Assembly: GCA_036393515.1 (NCBI GenBank) | Contig: DASWGV010000094.1 | Coordinates: 5,527-69,526 of the forward strand | Length of the DNA stretch: 64,000 nucleotides | DNA from: Gemmatimonadales bacterium | Lineage (GTDB): Bacteria; Gemmatimonadota; Gemmatimonadetes; Gemmatimonadales; GWC2-71-9 | Reading direction: 5' to 3' | In this document: positions 7,936 to 18,757 of the stretch, in pieces | How positions within the stretch are numbered: the stretch's first letter is position 1 | How the letters are laid out: each line of letters starts with the position of its first letter | The notes under the pieces: generated by a model | Database searches by the model: none | Told to the model about the DNA's origin: nothing | What the model saw: the letters and a program-made list of their open reading frames with translations, nothing else | Position numbers and translations under genes: made by a program

Positions 7936-10479
7936 ATGTACAGGCTCCTCAAGGTCACCTTGCCGGTCGTCCTCATCGGTTGCGCCGCGGGCTGTGCTGG
8001 AGGTCAGCCGGCACCGGCCGGACCCAGGCCCGAAGCGACGGCGACGCCCGCTGGCGCCGCGCAAGCACCCGGCGCTCGTTCGGGGGCGGCCGCCCGTCAG
8101 GACACCACCGCCCGCATCCGCCCCTACGGCGACGTCATTACCGCGGTGGCCCGGACCGACAGCGGGGTGATCCACCTGCATTGGGTCGGGGAGCGGCTCT
8201 ACTTCGAGATCCCGGATTCCTTGCTGGGCCGCGACTTTCTCATGATGACGAGCGTCGCGGCCATTCCGGCGGGCATGGGAGGGTTCAGCGCGTCCGGCAG
8301 CGTCCTGCACCAGCAGGTGCTCCGCTGGCAGCGACGCGGCGACCGCCTGCTGCTCCGGAAACGGTCCTACACCAACGTGGCGAGTGACAGCACTGCGGTC
8401 GCGATGTCGGTCGAGGCCAACAACCTGGAGCCCATCATCCAGGCCTTCGACATTCGGGCTCGCAACCCGGACGCGAGCACCTCGGTCATCGAGGTGACCG
8501 AGCTGTATAAAGAGGATGTCCCGGCGATCGGTGCACTCACCAACACGCAACGCACCACCTACCGCATCCGGCGGCTCGACCCCCGTCGCACCATGATCGA
8601 TTACGCGCGGAGCTATCCGCAGAACGTCGAGGTGCGCCATACCCTCACCTATGACGCCGGGGAGCCGCCGTCGGACGCCGCCGCGAATACCGTCACGGTG
8701 CAGCTCCAGCAGTCGTTGGTGCTGTTGCCGCTCGTCCCCATGCGCCCGCGGTACGCGGATCGCCGAGTCGGATTCTTCTCGATCAATCAGGTGAATTTCG
8801 CGTTAGACGAACAGAAGGCCGCCACGCAAACGTTTATCCGCCGCTGGCGTCTGGAGCCGAAGGATCCGGTGGCCTACGCCCGGGGTGAGCTGGTCGAGCC
8901 CATCAAGCCCATTGTGTACTACATCGATCCTGCGACACCGGAGGGGTGGCGGCGTTGGGTGCGGGAGGGTATCGAGGCCTGGCGCCCGGCGTTCGAGGCC
9001 GCGGGCTTCCGGAACGCGATCATTGCGCGCGATCCCCCGTCACCCGCGGAGGACCCGGAGTGGAGCCCCGAGGACGTGCGCTATTCCAGCATTCGGTGGG
9101 TGGCGAACATGACGCGGAACGCGGTGGGGCCGTCCGTGTCCGACCCGCGCAGCGGTGAGATCATTGACAGTGACGTGATGTTCTTCCACAACCACCTGCG
9201 GTCCTATCGCAATCGGCTGTTGATCGAGACCGCGGCCGCGAACCCGGCGGCACGCACGCTGGACATGCCGGATACGCTGCTGGGTGACGCCATCCGGGCG
9301 GTGATCACCCACGAAGTGGGACATGCCATCGGCCTGCCACACAATATGATCGCCAGCTCCTCCTATCCAGTGGACTCTTTGCGCTCCCCGAGTTTCACCC
9401 AGCGCTGGGGCCTCACGCCAACCATCATGGACTACGCCCGGCAGAACTACGTGGCGCAGCCGGGCGACGGTGACGTGCGGTTCGTACGCATGCTCGGGCC
9501 GTACGATTTGTACGTGGTCAACTGGGGCTACCGCGTGATTCCCTCGGCGCGCAACCCGGAAGACGAGCGGCCGATCCTGAACCGCTGGATCCGCGAGCGC
9601 GATGGCGACCCCCGCTACCGGTATGGACCGCAACAGGGCGGTCTCCCCATCGATCCCAGCACGCAAACGGAGGACTTGAGCGACGATCCCGTTCGCGCCA
9701 GCGGGTACGGCATCGCCAATCTGAAACGCATCGTTCCCTCGCTGGTGGAATGGACCACCAAGCCGGGCGAAGACTACGCCGACCTGGACGAGGTCTACGA
9801 CGAGACCCTCGGCATTTGGAACCTGTACACCGGGCACGCGCTCACCCTGGTGGGCGGCATGCATCAGACCCTGAAGGCCAGCGATCAGCCGGGCACCGTG
9901 TTCCAGCCGACGACGCGCGATCGGCAGCGGGCGGCGGTCGAGTTCTTGATTCGCGAGGTGTTCACCACGCCGACGTGGCTCATGCCGGAGGACATTCTGC
10001 GGCGGATCGAGCACGCGGGCGCGGTCGATCGGCTGCGACAAGCCCAGGCCACCCGGCTCAACCAACTGCTCGACCCGGGCCGGTTGCAGCGGTTGATCGA
10101 GCAGGAAGCCTTTGATCCACGCGGCGCCTACAAGCTGGTGGACCTGTTCGACGATCTGCGGCGCGGCGTGTGGGGCGAGCTGGAGCGCGGCGGCGCGATC
10201 GAGGTGTATCGCCGCAATCTGCAACGCGCGCACCTCGAGCGCCTGGAGTACCTGCTCACCCAGGAGCCGGCTGCCCCAGCGGCGCCGTTCGGTGGCGGGG
10301 TGCGGACCAACGTTGATGTGAGCCAATCGGACATCCGTGCGCTGGCTCGCGCGCAGCTGACCGAGCTGGAGACCGCGGCGCGGCGCCGGGCGGCCTCAAG
10401 CACCGACCGTGCCACGCGGTATCATCTGGAGGATGTGGCGGCGCGCATCGGTGGGATTTTGAGGCCGGAGCGGCGCTAG
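7936..10479 (+). CDS. zinc-dependent metalloprotease lipoprotein (DUF4953/DUF5117-type)
   Basis: HExxH zinc site in VITHEVGHAIGLPHN. Lipoprotein signal LPVVLIGCAAGC. 847 aa, an architecture typical of large secreted zincins. Confidence 0.85.
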   Translation: MYRLLKVTLPVVLIGCAAGCAGGQPAPAGPRPEATATPAGAAQAPGARSGAAARQDTTARIRPYGDVITAVARTDSGVIHLHWVGERLYFEIPDSLLGRDFLMMTSVAAIPAGMGGFSASGSVLHQQVLRWQRRGDRLLLRKRSYTNVASDSTAVAMSVEANNLEPIIQAFDIRARNPDASTSVIEVTELYKEDVPAIGALTNTQRTTYRIRRLDPRRTMIDYARSYPQNVEVRHTLTYDAGEPPSDAAANTVTVQLQQSLVLLPLVPMRPRYADRRVGFFSINQVNFALDEQKAATQTFIRRWRLEPKDPVAYARGELVEPIKPIVYYIDPATPEGWRRWVREGIEAWRPAFEAAGFRNAIIARDPPSPAEDPEWSPEDVRYSSIRWVANMTRNAVGPSVSDPRSGEIIDSDVMFFHNHLRSYRNRLLIETAAANPAARTLDMPDTLLGDAIRAVITHEVGHAIGLPHNMIASSSYPVDSLRSPSFTQRWGLTPTIMDYARQNYVAQPGDGDVRFVRMLGPYDLYVVNWGYRVIPSARNPEDERPILNRWIRERDGDPRYRYGPQQGGLPIDPSTQTEDLSDDPVRASGYGIANLKRIVPSLVEWTTKPGEDYADLDEVYDETLGIWNLYTGHALTLVGGMHQTLKASDQPGTVFQPTTRDRQRAAVEFLIREVFTTPTWLMPEDILRRIEHAGAVDRLRQAQATRLNQLLDPGRLQRLIEQEAFDPRGAYKLVDLFDDLRRGVWGELERGGAIEVYRRNLQRAHLERLEYLLTQEPAAPAAPFGGGVRTNVDVSQSDIRALARAQLTELETAARRRAASSTDRATRYHLEDVAARIGGILRPERR

Positions 10480-11687
10480 AGGGAGGCAACGGGGGAAGCG
10501 GCGATGGCCTTTGCCGCCCGTCCCACGGCCCCCACCGCGGCGTGGAGCTGATCGTCCGTCAGATACGGGGCCGGGCCCACTCGTAGTAGCTCCCCCCGAT
10601 GGTCCGCCAGGACGCCTTCCCGGCGCAGGAGCCGGACCAGATCCCCGGCCCGCGGTGACCGGAGGGCGAGAAACCCGCCGATCGCCTCCGGCGGGACGGT
10701 CCGGTCGCGCGAGATCACTGCCGGGTCAAGAAGCAGCGCATCGAACGCTTGCGCGAGCACTCCCATTTGATGCTGACTGACCTCACGTAGCAGCGCGACT
10801 CCAAGCCCCTCCCGCTCGAAGAAGTCGAAGATGGCGGCAGCCCGGTAGTGACTGGTGGGGTCGTAGGTCGCCCCGGCAAAACGCGTCGCTCCCGGCCCGT
10901 AGGGGACTCCCGCGCCGGTCTCAGCCAACCCGTCGAACTCGGCGAACCAGCCCGTCAGCACGGGTCGCAGATCCCGTCCCGGAGGGACCCGAAGGAAGCA
11001 ATTGCCTTCGCCCAGCTGACAATACTTGTACCCGCCGCCGGTGACAAACGCGTCCTGGAGGCCATGCGCGGAGAGCCTGAACGGAACCACGTTCAGTGCG
11101 TGGTACGCGTCTACCAGCAGCTCGGCGCCCACGCGGCGGCAGGCGGTGAGCACACGGGCGAGTTCCGGGACCATGTGGGCGTTGGTGTACAGCACGGCCG
11201 AGGCCAGCACGGCGGCGGTTCGATCGTTCACCGCTCCGCACAGCCGCTCCGCGACGCCGTCGGCGGGATCGCTCGGAACCTTGACCACGTCGATGCGTTC
11301 CTCCGCCAGGCGATCAAGTTGCCGGCGGATGGTGTGAAACTCAGCGTCAGTGGTTACCAGTCGGGGGCGCTGGTGGAGGGGCAGGGCAGAAAGGAACCGG
11401 ACAACCAGCTCGTGGGTGTTCTGGCCCAGCGCGATGTTTGCCGGATGATCGTCCAGCAGACCGGCGAACCCGCGCCGCACCCGCTCCGCCTGGGCGAACG
11501 CCCGCTCCCATTTGTCGTCCACCAGCTCGGCCGCGTCGCGCCACGCCTGCTGCTGCGCCTCGAACCCCGCATCCGGCCAGGCCTGGTGCGAGTGCCCCGT
11601 GAGCAGGAGGCGCTCGCTCACCCGGAACCGCGCGTAGTGGTGCGCGATCGGATTCTTGGGTCGGCGAAAATCGCTGGGCGTCAGCAC
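10476..11687 (-). CDS. kynU: kynureninase (PLP-dependent, class V aminotransferase fold)
   Basis: 403 aa. The N-terminus (HHYARFRVSERLLLTGHSHQAWPD) and overall layout look like bacterial KynU. It sits directly downstream of tryptophan 2,3-dioxygenase. Confidence 0.8.
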   Translation of the reverse strand: MLTPSDFRRPKNPIAHHYARFRVSERLLLTGHSHQAWPDAGFEAQQQAWRDAAELVDDKWERAFAQAERVRRGFAGLLDDHPANIALGQNTHELVVRFLSALPLHQRPRLVTTDAEFHTIRRQLDRLAEERIDVVKVPSDPADGVAERLCGAVNDRTAAVLASAVLYTNAHMVPELARVLTACRRVGAELLVDAYHALNVVPFRLSAHGLQDAFVTGGGYKYCQLGEGNCFLRVPPGRDLRPVLTGWFAEFDGLAETGAGVPYGPGATRFAGATYDPTSHYRAAAIFDFFEREGLGVALLREVSQHQMGVLAQAFDALLLDPAVISRDRTVPPEAIGGFLALRSPRAGDLVRLLRREGVLADHRGELLRVGPAPYLTDDQLHAAVGAVGRAAKAIAASPVASL

Positions 11688-11690
11688 GCT

Positions 11691-12473
11691 CTAGAACGCA
11701 GTGCGGATCGCCCATAGGTCCGGAAAGGCCGGCTGGAAGAGCGACTTCCGGAGGTATTCGGCCCCGGCGGAGCCCCCGGTCCCCACCTTATCGCCGATGG
11801 TCCGCTCGACCATCTTCACATGCCGGTAGCGCCACTCCTGAAAGCCCTCGTCAAGGTCTACTAATCGCTCACAGACGCCCGCCACGACCGGGTTGGTGCG
11901 ATACACCTGAATCAGGACCTTCTGGGTCGTCGGTGAGGGGACAATGGGCAGCGTCACGTTGCGCTCGTTCACGTCCTCGCCGGCGCGGTATCCGTTGGCT
12001 TCCAGGTATCGCAGAAAGGCGTCCCACAGTGTGGGTGCCCGGTACCGCGCGTCGAGCCGGCGCCGGGCGGTGGAGCCGGCCGGGTATCGCTCCATGGCTG
12101 CCGGGTCCTTGCGGCCCAGCGCGAATTCCAGCTCCCGGAACTGCGCCGATTGGAAGCCACTCCCTTGCTCCAGCCGGTCACGGAACGCCAAGAACTCCAA
12201 CGGCGTCATGGTTTCCAGCACGTCGATTTGCGCCACCAGCGTCTTCAGAATGGTGAGAACACGCTTGAGCGTGTGCTGGGCGCGGGGCGTCTGGTTCGTC
12301 GCCAGCAAATTCTGCAAGTGATCCAGCTCGTGGAGCATCTCCTTGAACCAGAGCTCGTAGACCTGGTGGATGATGATGAACAGGGTCTCGTCGTGCTCGG
12401 GACCCTGGGACAAGGGTTGCTGGAGCGAGAGGAGTTCGTCCAGCTTGAGGTAGTTCCAGTACGTCACCGTCAT
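11691..12473 (-). CDS. kynA: tryptophan 2,3-dioxygenase
   Basis: TYWNYLKLDELLSLQQP...HDETLFIIIHQVYELWFK and GTGGSAGAEYL are classic TDO motifs. I chose the ATG at 12473 (MTVTYWNY); the ORF track starts 24 codons earlier. Confidence 0.9.
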   Translation of the reverse strand: MTVTYWNYLKLDELLSLQQPLSQGPEHDETLFIIIHQVYELWFKEMLHELDHLQNLLATNQTPRAQHTLKRVLTILKTLVAQIDVLETMTPLEFLAFRDRLEQGSGFQSAQFRELEFALGRKDPAAMERYPAGSTARRRLDARYRAPTLWDAFLRYLEANGYRAGEDVNERNVTLPIVPSPTTQKVLIQVYRTNPVVAGVCERLVDLDEGFQEWRYRHVKMVERTIGDKVGTGGSAGAEYLRKSLFQPAFPDLWAIRTAF

Positions 12474-12553
12474 AGTGGCTCCTTGCCGGCGGCCGTCGGT
12501 GCGCCGGGCTCGCATGTCCGTCACCCGGTCCGTCGGTCCGCCCACGCTTCAAT

Positions 12554-14800
12554 CTAGACGAATCGTGGCTTGTACCGGTTCAGCGACTCGTAGGGCGCTG
12601 GCCAGGGCAGGGGGTATCCCAGCTCCTGGGCCGCGTGCCGGGTCCAGTATGGGTCCCAGAGGTGAGCCCGAGCCATCACGCACAGGTCCGCTCGCCCAGC
12701 GGCGAGAATGGTGTTCACATCGGTGTAGGACGAGATATTGCCGACCGCCATGGTGGCGATCCCGGCGTCGTGGCGCACCCGGTCGGAAAACGGCGTCTGA
12801 AATTGGCGGCCGTACACCGGCCGCTGATGCGGCACGGTCTGGCCGGCCGAGACGTCCACGATGTCACAGCCGTCCGCCTTGAGCAGGCGAGCCACGGCCA
12901 CGGCGTCCTCGCCCTCATGGCCCCCAGGCGACCAGTCTACCGCGGAGATCCGGACCGAAAGTGGTTTATGCGCGGGCCACTCGGCTCGGACGGCATCCAA
13001 GATCTCCAGGGGAAACCGCAGTCGGTTCTCCAGGGAGCCGCCGTAGGCGTCCGTGCGCCGGTTGGTGAGCGGAGAGACGAACGACGCCAACAAATAGCCG
13101 TGAGCGAAGTGCAGTTCCAGGATGTCGAACCCGGCCTCCTCGGCGTATCCCGCCGCCCGGACGAAGTCCTTCCGCACGGTGTCCATGTCGCGCCGGTCCA
13201 TCTCCTTGGGAACCTGGCTGTGCGGGTGGTAAGGAAGGGGCGACGGTGCCAACACCGGCCAGGCGCCTTCCTCCAACGGCTGGTCCATGCCCTCCCAGGC
13301 AAGCCGGGTGGCGCCCTTGCGGCCCGCATGGCCCAGCTGCATCCCGATCTTGGCGCTGGTGTGCCGGTGCACGAAGTCAACGATGCGTTTCCAGCCGCCC
13401 ACGTGCGCCGGCTGGTACAGCCCGGCGCACCCGAGCGAGATACGCGCCTCCGGGCTGACGTCGGTCATTTCGGCGAACACCAGGCCCGCCCCGCCCATGG
13501 CGCGGGACCCCAGGTGCACCAGGTGCCAGTCGTTCGGCATCCCGTCCTCGGCGCTGTACTGGCACATGGGCGATACCACCACCCGGTTCTCCAGCACGAG
13601 GTCGCGCAGTCGGAAGGGCGTGAACAACGGGGGTGGAGCGGGTCGAGTCACCGTCCTGCCACTCTGCCGCTCCGCCGCTTCCGTGAACCAGACATTTACT
13701 CCCTCAACGAAGCGCGGGTCCCGTACCCGGAGATTGTCGTGCGTCACCCGAAAGCTCCGGGTGAGCAGATTGAACCCAAACTGAATGGGATCGAGGTCCA
13801 TGTAGCGTTCGGTGTCTTCGAACCACTGGAGGCTGATCTGGGCGGCCCGCTGCACGCTGTCCACGGCCGGCCGCCGGTCCGCCTCATACGCCGCGAGCGC
13901 CGCGCCGACATCGCGCTCCACCCCGACTGCCTGCGTCAGCGCCACGGCATCCTCCATGGCCAGCTTGGTGCCGGAGCCGATGGAGAAATGTGCCGTGTGA
14001 GCGGCGTCGCCCATCAGGACAACGTTGCCGTGGTGCCAGCGCTCCATCCGCACCGTGGGGAACTGCCGCCAAAGCGACCGGTTGGACAGGAGACGGTGCC
14101 CCTGGAGCTCCTCCCGGAACAGCGTCTCGCAAAACGCCACCGTGGCGGTCTCACTGGCCTGGTCCATTCCGGAAGCGCGCCAGGTGGCCTCGGTGCATTC
14201 CACGATGAAGGTGGAATGAGCGGCGTCGTACTGGTAGGCGTGCACCCGCCAGAGACCGTGCTCGGTGTTCTTGAAGTAGAACGTGAAAGCGGGGAACGGT
14301 CGCGTCGTGCCGAGCCAGACAAAACGGTTGGTGCGCCAGTCCAGGCTGGGGTGAACGTGATCGGCCAGGGCATCACGCAGTGAGCTGTTGATGCCGTCCG
14401 CCCCGAGGATCAGATCCGCGTCACCGATCTGGGGAAGGCTCTGTTCCCGCTCAAAGCAGATCTCGACGCCCAAGGCACGGGCGCGACGGGCCAGGATAGC
14501 CAGCAGCGTCTGGCGGGACAGCCCGCTGAAGCCGTGGCCGGTGGAGCTGATGACGCCGCCCTCATAGTGGATGTCAATGTCGTCCCAGCGGTGGGCTACT
14601 CGCGCCATGGCCGCGGAGGTTTCCGGATCCGCCTCGGCCAGCGTGGCCTGGGTGGCATCCGACAACACGACGCCAAAGCCGAATGTGTCGTCCAGGCGAT
14701 TGCGCTCGTACACCGTGATGCGGCGCGACGGGTCGGCTTTCTTCAACAGGATCGCCGAGTACAGGCCCGCGGGCCCGCCGCCGACGGAGACGATCCTCAT
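12554..14800 (-). CDS. fused FAD-monooxygenase / Old-Yellow-Enzyme reductase (2-aminobenzoyl-CoA monooxygenase/reductase or salicylyl-CoA 5-hydroxylase type)
   Basis: 748 aa. The N-terminus has the [11 protein letters not shown] fold and the monooxygenase motif [15 protein letters not shown]. The C-terminal half is OYE-like ([30 protein letters not shown]). Neighbours are an aryl-CoA ligase and kynA/kynU. Confidence 0.85.
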   Translation of the reverse strand: MRIVSVGGGPAGLYSAILLKKADPSRRITVYERNRLDDTFGFGVVLSDATQATLAEADPETSAAMARVAHRWDDIDIHYEGGVISSTGHGFSGLSRQTLLAILARRARALGVEICFEREQSLPQIGDADLILGADGINSSLRDALADHVHPSLDWRTNRFVWLGTTRPFPAFTFYFKNTEHGLWRVHAYQYDAAHSTFIVECTEATWRASGMDQASETATVAFCETLFREELQGHRLLSNRSLWRQFPTVRMERWHHGNVVLMGDAAHTAHFSIGSGTKLAMEDAVALTQAVGVERDVGAALAAYEADRRPAVDSVQRAAQISLQWFEDTERYMDLDPIQFGFNLLTRSFRVTHDNLRVRDPRFVEGVNVWFTEAAERQSGRTVTRPAPPPLFTPFRLRDLVLENRVVVSPMCQYSAEDGMPNDWHLVHLGSRAMGGAGLVFAEMTDVSPEARISLGCAGLYQPAHVGGWKRIVDFVHRHTSAKIGMQLGHAGRKGATRLAWEGMDQPLEEGAWPVLAPSPLPYHPHSQVPKEMDRRDMDTVRKDFVRAAGYAEEAGFDILELHFAHGYLLASFVSPLTNRRTDAYGGSLENRLRFPLEILDAVRAEWPAHKPLSVRISAVDWSPGGHEGEDAVAVARLLKADGCDIVDVSAGQTVPHQRPVYGRQFQTPFSDRVRHDAGIATMAVGNISSYTDVNTILAAGRADLCVMARAHLWDPYWTRHAAQELGYPLPWPAPYESLNRYKPRFV

Positions 14801-15957
14801 GAAGGGATCGCTTCGGTGCCGTCGCGCAGCAGATGACGGGCGATGATCAACTGCTGGATCTCCGTGGTACCCTCATAGATCCGGAGCGCCCGCACCGAGC
14901 GGTACAGGCGGTCCACCGGATGGTCGGCGAGCACTCCCCGGCCGCCCAACAGCTGGACGGCGTCGTCCACAATGCGTTGCGCTGCTTCTGTGGCGAACGC
15001 CTTGGCCATCGCGGACTCAAGCGTGACGCGCTCCCGGCCGCCGTCCAGCTCGGCCGCCGCGCGGTAGACCAAGAGGCGCGCCGCCGCGAGGTCCGTGGCC
15101 ATCCGGGCCAGCTTGTCCTGGGTGAGTTGGAAGTCCGCCAGCGCCTGGCCAAACTGACGTCGAGTCCGCACGTGTTCCAGCGCCTCCCCCAGCGCGCGCT
15201 CGGCCAAGCCACAGGCGGCGGCGCCCACCGTGGCACGCAGGCGATCCAGCGTAGCGAGTCCCAGCTTCATGCCCTGGCCGGGAGGTGCCAACACGCCATC
15301 GGCGGGAACGCGGCAATCGGTGAACGCGATCTCCCCCAGCGGATGTGGCGCGCTCATCACCTGCGCTCGTACAAACCGGAATCCAGGAGCATCGGCGGGG
15401 ACCAGGTAGCAGCCGATGGCCTTGGATCCGGCGCCCGGTTCCGAGGTGGCGAAGACCACGTAGTAGTCGGCCAGCCCCGCGTTGGAGATGTACGTCTTGG
15501 TGCCGTTCAGAATGAAACCGGATCCCTCGGGGGTGGCCCGGGTGGTCATGGCGCCGACGTCGGAGCCGGCTTCAGGCTCCGTCATCGCGAACGCCGCGAT
15601 CGCCCGCCCGGCCAGCGCCGGCTCCAGCCAGCGCCGTCGCTGGGCCTCGGTGCCGGCCAGGACCACCGGCAGGCCGCCCAGGGCCTGAAGGGCGAACACT
15701 GCGTCGGCCAGGGGCGTCGCCGCCGCCAGCGTCTCCCGGATCAGGCAGCAGGCGCGGACGTCGCGCTCACCGATCGGCCGGAACCATCCGCCGCCGCCCA
15801 GCACCTCGGTGACGTTCCTCGCCTGCACGCGGGCCGCCGCGTCGTCCGCGGGTACCGGAAGCGGTGCGATCGTCGCCGCCGTGAACGCGGCGCACCGCGA
15901 TGCCAGCTCGAGGTGGGACGGATCGAGAAAGGCGCGAACGGCCGTGACGTCAGGCAC
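14797..15957 (-). CDS. acyl-CoA dehydrogenase
   Basis: [21 protein letters not shown] and a C-terminal IYEGTTEIQ motif. 4-nt overlap with the downstream gene. Confidence 0.9.
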   Translation of the reverse strand: MPDVTAVRAFLDPSHLELASRCAAFTAATIAPLPVPADDAAARVQARNVTEVLGGGGWFRPIGERDVRACCLIRETLAAATPLADAVFALQALGGLPVVLAGTEAQRRRWLEPALAGRAIAAFAMTEPEAGSDVGAMTTRATPEGSGFILNGTKTYISNAGLADYYVVFATSEPGAGSKAIGCYLVPADAPGFRFVRAQVMSAPHPLGEIAFTDCRVPADGVLAPPGQGMKLGLATLDRLRATVGAAACGLAERALGEALEHVRTRRQFGQALADFQLTQDKLARMATDLAAARLLVYRAAAELDGGRERVTLESAMAKAFATEAAQRIVDDAVQLLGGRGVLADHPVDRLYRSVRALRIYEGTTEIQQLIIARHLLRDGTEAIPS

Positions 15958-15965
15958 GGCGACCG

Positions 15966-16766
15966 CTAGACGAACCGCGCGTCGCGCTTGGCGCGGAACG
16001 CCTCGTAGGCTTCGCGAAAGTTCGGGTTGAGCATGCAGCGCGCCTGGGCCTGTGCCTCCGCTTCAAGCGCGGACTCGAGATCCATGGCGGCTTCGCGGTT
16101 CAGCGCGTCCTTGGTGACGGCCTGGGCCTCCGACGGGCCACGCGCCAACCGCTCGGCAAACGCTTGGGCTTCAGCCGGCAATTGTGCGGCGGGCACCACC
16201 CGGTGGTAGAGCCCGATCCGGTGAGCCTCGGCAGCCTCGAGGAACTCACCCGTCATCAGCAGCGCTGTGGCGCGTCCCAGACCGATGATCCGGGGCAAGA
16301 GCCACGCCGCTCCCATGTCCGCGCCCGACAGCCCCACCTTGGTGAACAGGTACGCGATCTTCGCCGTGTCGGCGGCGATCCGGACGTCGCAGGCCGTCGC
16401 GATGACCGCGCCCGCACCCGCCACGGTGCCATTCAGCGCCGCCACGACCGGCCGCCGACACCGGCGGATCGCGAGGATCAGGTCGCAGGTCATGCGGGTG
16501 AACTCGAGCAAGCCTGAGTGGTCCCGGGCAAACAAGGCGCCGATGATGTCCTCGACGTCGCCGCCGGAGCAGAACCCCTTGCCCGCTCCGGTGATCAGGA
16601 TCACCCGGACGCCGGGGTCGCTATCCAGGGCTCGAAACGTGTCGCGGAGCTCTGCGTAGACTTCGAACGTCAGCGCGTTCAGCCGCTCGGGTCGATTGAG
16701 CGTGATTGTGGCCACATTGGTTGCGGTGTCGTGGGCGTACAGGAACGACTTAGGCGCCAGCGGCAT
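15966..16766 (-). CDS. enoyl-CoA hydratase/isomerase (crotonase) family protein
   Basis: Crotonase motifs: ITLNRPERLNAL, GKGFCSGGD, AALNGTVAGAG. Confidence 0.9.
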   Translation of the reverse strand: MPLAPKSFLYAHDTATNVATITLNRPERLNALTFEVYAELRDTFRALDSDPGVRVILITGAGKGFCSGGDVEDIIGALFARDHSGLLEFTRMTCDLILAIRRCRRPVVAALNGTVAGAGAVIATACDVRIAADTAKIAYLFTKVGLSGADMGAAWLLPRIIGLGRATALLMTGEFLEAAEAHRIGLYHRVVPAAQLPAEAQAFAERLARGPSEAQAVTKDALNREAAMDLESALEAEAQAQARCMLNPNFREAYEAFRAKRDARFV

Positions 16767-17172
16767 CAGACGCGTCCCTTACCACCGCGGTGGCTTCGAT
16801 CTCAACCAGTACCCCCGCATCAACCAGGCGCTTCACCTCCACCAGTGCCATCGCCGGGTAATGGGTCCCCATCAGCGACTGGTAGGCCACGCCCAGCGGC
16901 TTGCGACTCGCTCGGTAGACATCGAGGTCGGTAACGTAGATCGTGAACCGGCCGACGTCTTCCGGGCTCCCACCGGCCGCGCGGACCACCGTGAGGACCT
17001 TCTCCAAGGCGAGCCGGAACTGACTCACGAAATCCGTCGTGGCCACGCCGCCTCCCGTGGCGGCCGTTTGGCCGGCCACGAACAGCACCCGGCCGCCGGC
17101 CGACGCCAGAAGTCCATGGCTCCATCCGCTGGGCCGGCCCAAGGACGCGGGATTGACGATCTCGAAGCTCAT
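16750..17172 (-). CDS. RidA/YjgF family enamine-imine deaminase
   Basis: 140 aa. VFVAGQTA and the C-terminal EIEATAV pattern are typical of RidA. Confidence 0.8.
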   Translation of the reverse strand: MSFEIVNPASLGRPSGWSHGLLASAGGRVLFVAGQTAATGGGVATTDFVSQFRLALEKVLTVVRAAGGSPEDVGRFTIYVTDLDVYRASRKPLGVAYQSLMGTHYPAMALVEVKRLVDAGVLVEIEATAVVRDASDAAGA

Positions 17173-17948
17173 GCCTGCGCTCCGCCGTCAATCACCATGG
17201 TCTGGCCGTTGATTCCCCGCGCCTCTTGGTCACACAGGGTGGCAACGGCGTGCGCTACCTCATCCGGTGCGATCAGCCGGCGTTGAGGATTGAGCGCCAG
17301 GATGTGTTCCAGGGCCTGCTCGCGGGTAATCCCCGCCTTGGCTACCATGCGGTCCATTGATTCCACCGTCATCTCCGTGTCCACGTAGCTGGGGCAGACG
17401 GCGTTCACCGTGACGCCGGACGCGGCCACTTCCGCTGCGAGGCTCCGGGTGAAGCCGATAACGGCGTGCTTGGACGCGCTGTATGCGGCGATGTATTTCG
17501 CGCCGTGGAGTCCCGCCACCGATGCCACGTTGATCACGCGTCCCCAGCCTCGCCGCATCATGCCCGGTACGAATGCCTGGGAGCAGAGGAGTGTCCCCGT
17601 CGCGTTCACAGCGAACAACCGCTGCCAGTCCTCCAACGTGATGCGGTGCAGTGGCGCCGAGTGTGCCAGGCCGGCGTTGTTGACCAGGATGTCCACCTGG
17701 CTCAGCGTCTTGGCGGCGAAGTCGGCCAGGGCGGCGACGCTCTCGGGGTCCGTCACGTCGCAGGTCTGGGCCCATGCCGAGCCCCCGTCGGCGATGATGT
17801 CGCGCGCCACGCCGGCCACCTGGCTCTCGGAGCGCGCCGCGACAATCACCGCGGCGCCTGCCGCCGCCAGCCGTCGGGCTACGGCCGCACCGATGCCTCG
17901 GCCGCCGCCCGTCACGAGGGCGCCCTTGCCTGAGAGCGGCTGCGTCAC
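17169..17948 (-). CDS. SDR family oxidoreductase (3-hydroxyacyl-CoA dehydrogenase-like)
   Basis: TGGGRGIG cofactor motif, NNAG, and catalytic YSASK. Confidence 0.9.
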   Translation of the reverse strand: MTQPLSGKGALVTGGGRGIGAAVARRLAAAGAAVIVAARSESQVAGVARDIIADGGSAWAQTCDVTDPESVAALADFAAKTLSQVDILVNNAGLAHSAPLHRITLEDWQRLFAVNATGTLLCSQAFVPGMMRRGWGRVINVASVAGLHGAKYIAAYSASKHAVIGFTRSLAAEVAASGVTVNAVCPSYVDTEMTVESMDRMVAKAGITREQALEHILALNPQRRLIAPDEVAHAVATLCDQEARGINGQTMVIDGGAQA

Positions 17949-18733
17949 GGAGTGGACGCCTTGAGCGCCGCCAGCACCGCGTCCTCCAGAATGCCCCCTA
18001 ACACCTCGATGGTGGCGCGCCCTTCTTCCGGCGTGGCGGCCGCGGGATCGCCAAAGTACGCGGCCGGACCACCGGCCTCCTCAAAGCTCTGCTTGCCCCC
18101 CCGGATGGCCGTCGCCAGGGACACCGGGTTAGATGATAGCCGGTCCATGCGGTCACGGCGTACCAGGTCCGGCCGCACCGCCAGCACGACCGAGGTCTCG
18201 AACTGTCCGGCGTGGCATGCGCCACTCTTGAACTCCGGGGTCAACCGTGAGCCCCAGGCGCGCTGGGTGAGATCGGGGAAGACCAGGCGCACCGCCGTGC
18301 CGCGCCAGTCGCGCACCGCACACCGCAGCGCCTCCAGGTGGCCCGGATCCAGATGTGCGTTGGCGACCGCGAGCGCCGCGACGCGCAGACGCGCGAGATT
18401 CAGTCCGATGTCACGAAGCAGCCCCGGTAACCGCGCGGCGTCCACCGACACCGTGCCGGGAAACCCGGCCGCGAATCCGGCAAAGCTATACGACACCGCG
18501 GGGAGGATCAGCACCTCCATCCCGCGGGCGGCCAGCCGCTCCGCCCCGCGCCGGGCCATGGCCTCCGCGATAATCACATCCGTGGCCAGTGGCAAGTGGG
18601 GGCCATGCGCCTCGATCGCCCCCACCGGCAAGATCGCGACGGCGCCGGGCCCAAGGCGCTGTGCCTCCTCCCAGGTCATCGAAGCCAGTTCAAGCACTGG
18701 CATGTCGGGCAGGGCCGCGCCGTTGACTGTCAC
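17945..18733 (-). CDS. creatininase-family amidohydrolase
   Basis: LPVGAIEAHGPHLPLATD metal-binding motif. 262 aa. Confidence 0.8.
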   Translation of the reverse strand: MTVNGAALPDMPVLELASMTWEEAQRLGPGAVAILPVGAIEAHGPHLPLATDVIIAEAMARRGAERLAARGMEVLILPAVSYSFAGFAAGFPGTVSVDAARLPGLLRDIGLNLARLRVAALAVANAHLDPGHLEALRCAVRDWRGTAVRLVFPDLTQRAWGSRLTPEFKSGACHAGQFETSVVLAVRPDLVRRDRMDRLSSNPVSLATAIRGGKQSFEEAGGPAAYFGDPAAATPEEGRATIEVLGGILEDAVLAALKASTP

Positions 18734-18757
18734 CGCCGCGCGGCATATCTCCCCGCC

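Noticed and set aside
9040-10326. 428-aa minus-strand ORF inside the metalloprotease gene, and similar long antisense ORFs at 41359..42627, 42999..44057, 44336..45469 and 48077..49375
   Set aside because: All are antisense to genes with clear motifs or export signals, and all show the Arg/Pro/Gly-rich composition expected of non-coding frames in GC-rich DNA.
12635-14383. 582-aa plus-strand ORF antisense to the FAD-monooxygenase/OYE fusion gene
   Set aside because: It is rich in Arg, Pro, Gly and His, low in complexity and has no recognisable motif. The opposite strand has strong family motifs throughout. It is a typical shadow ORF of a high-GC genome.
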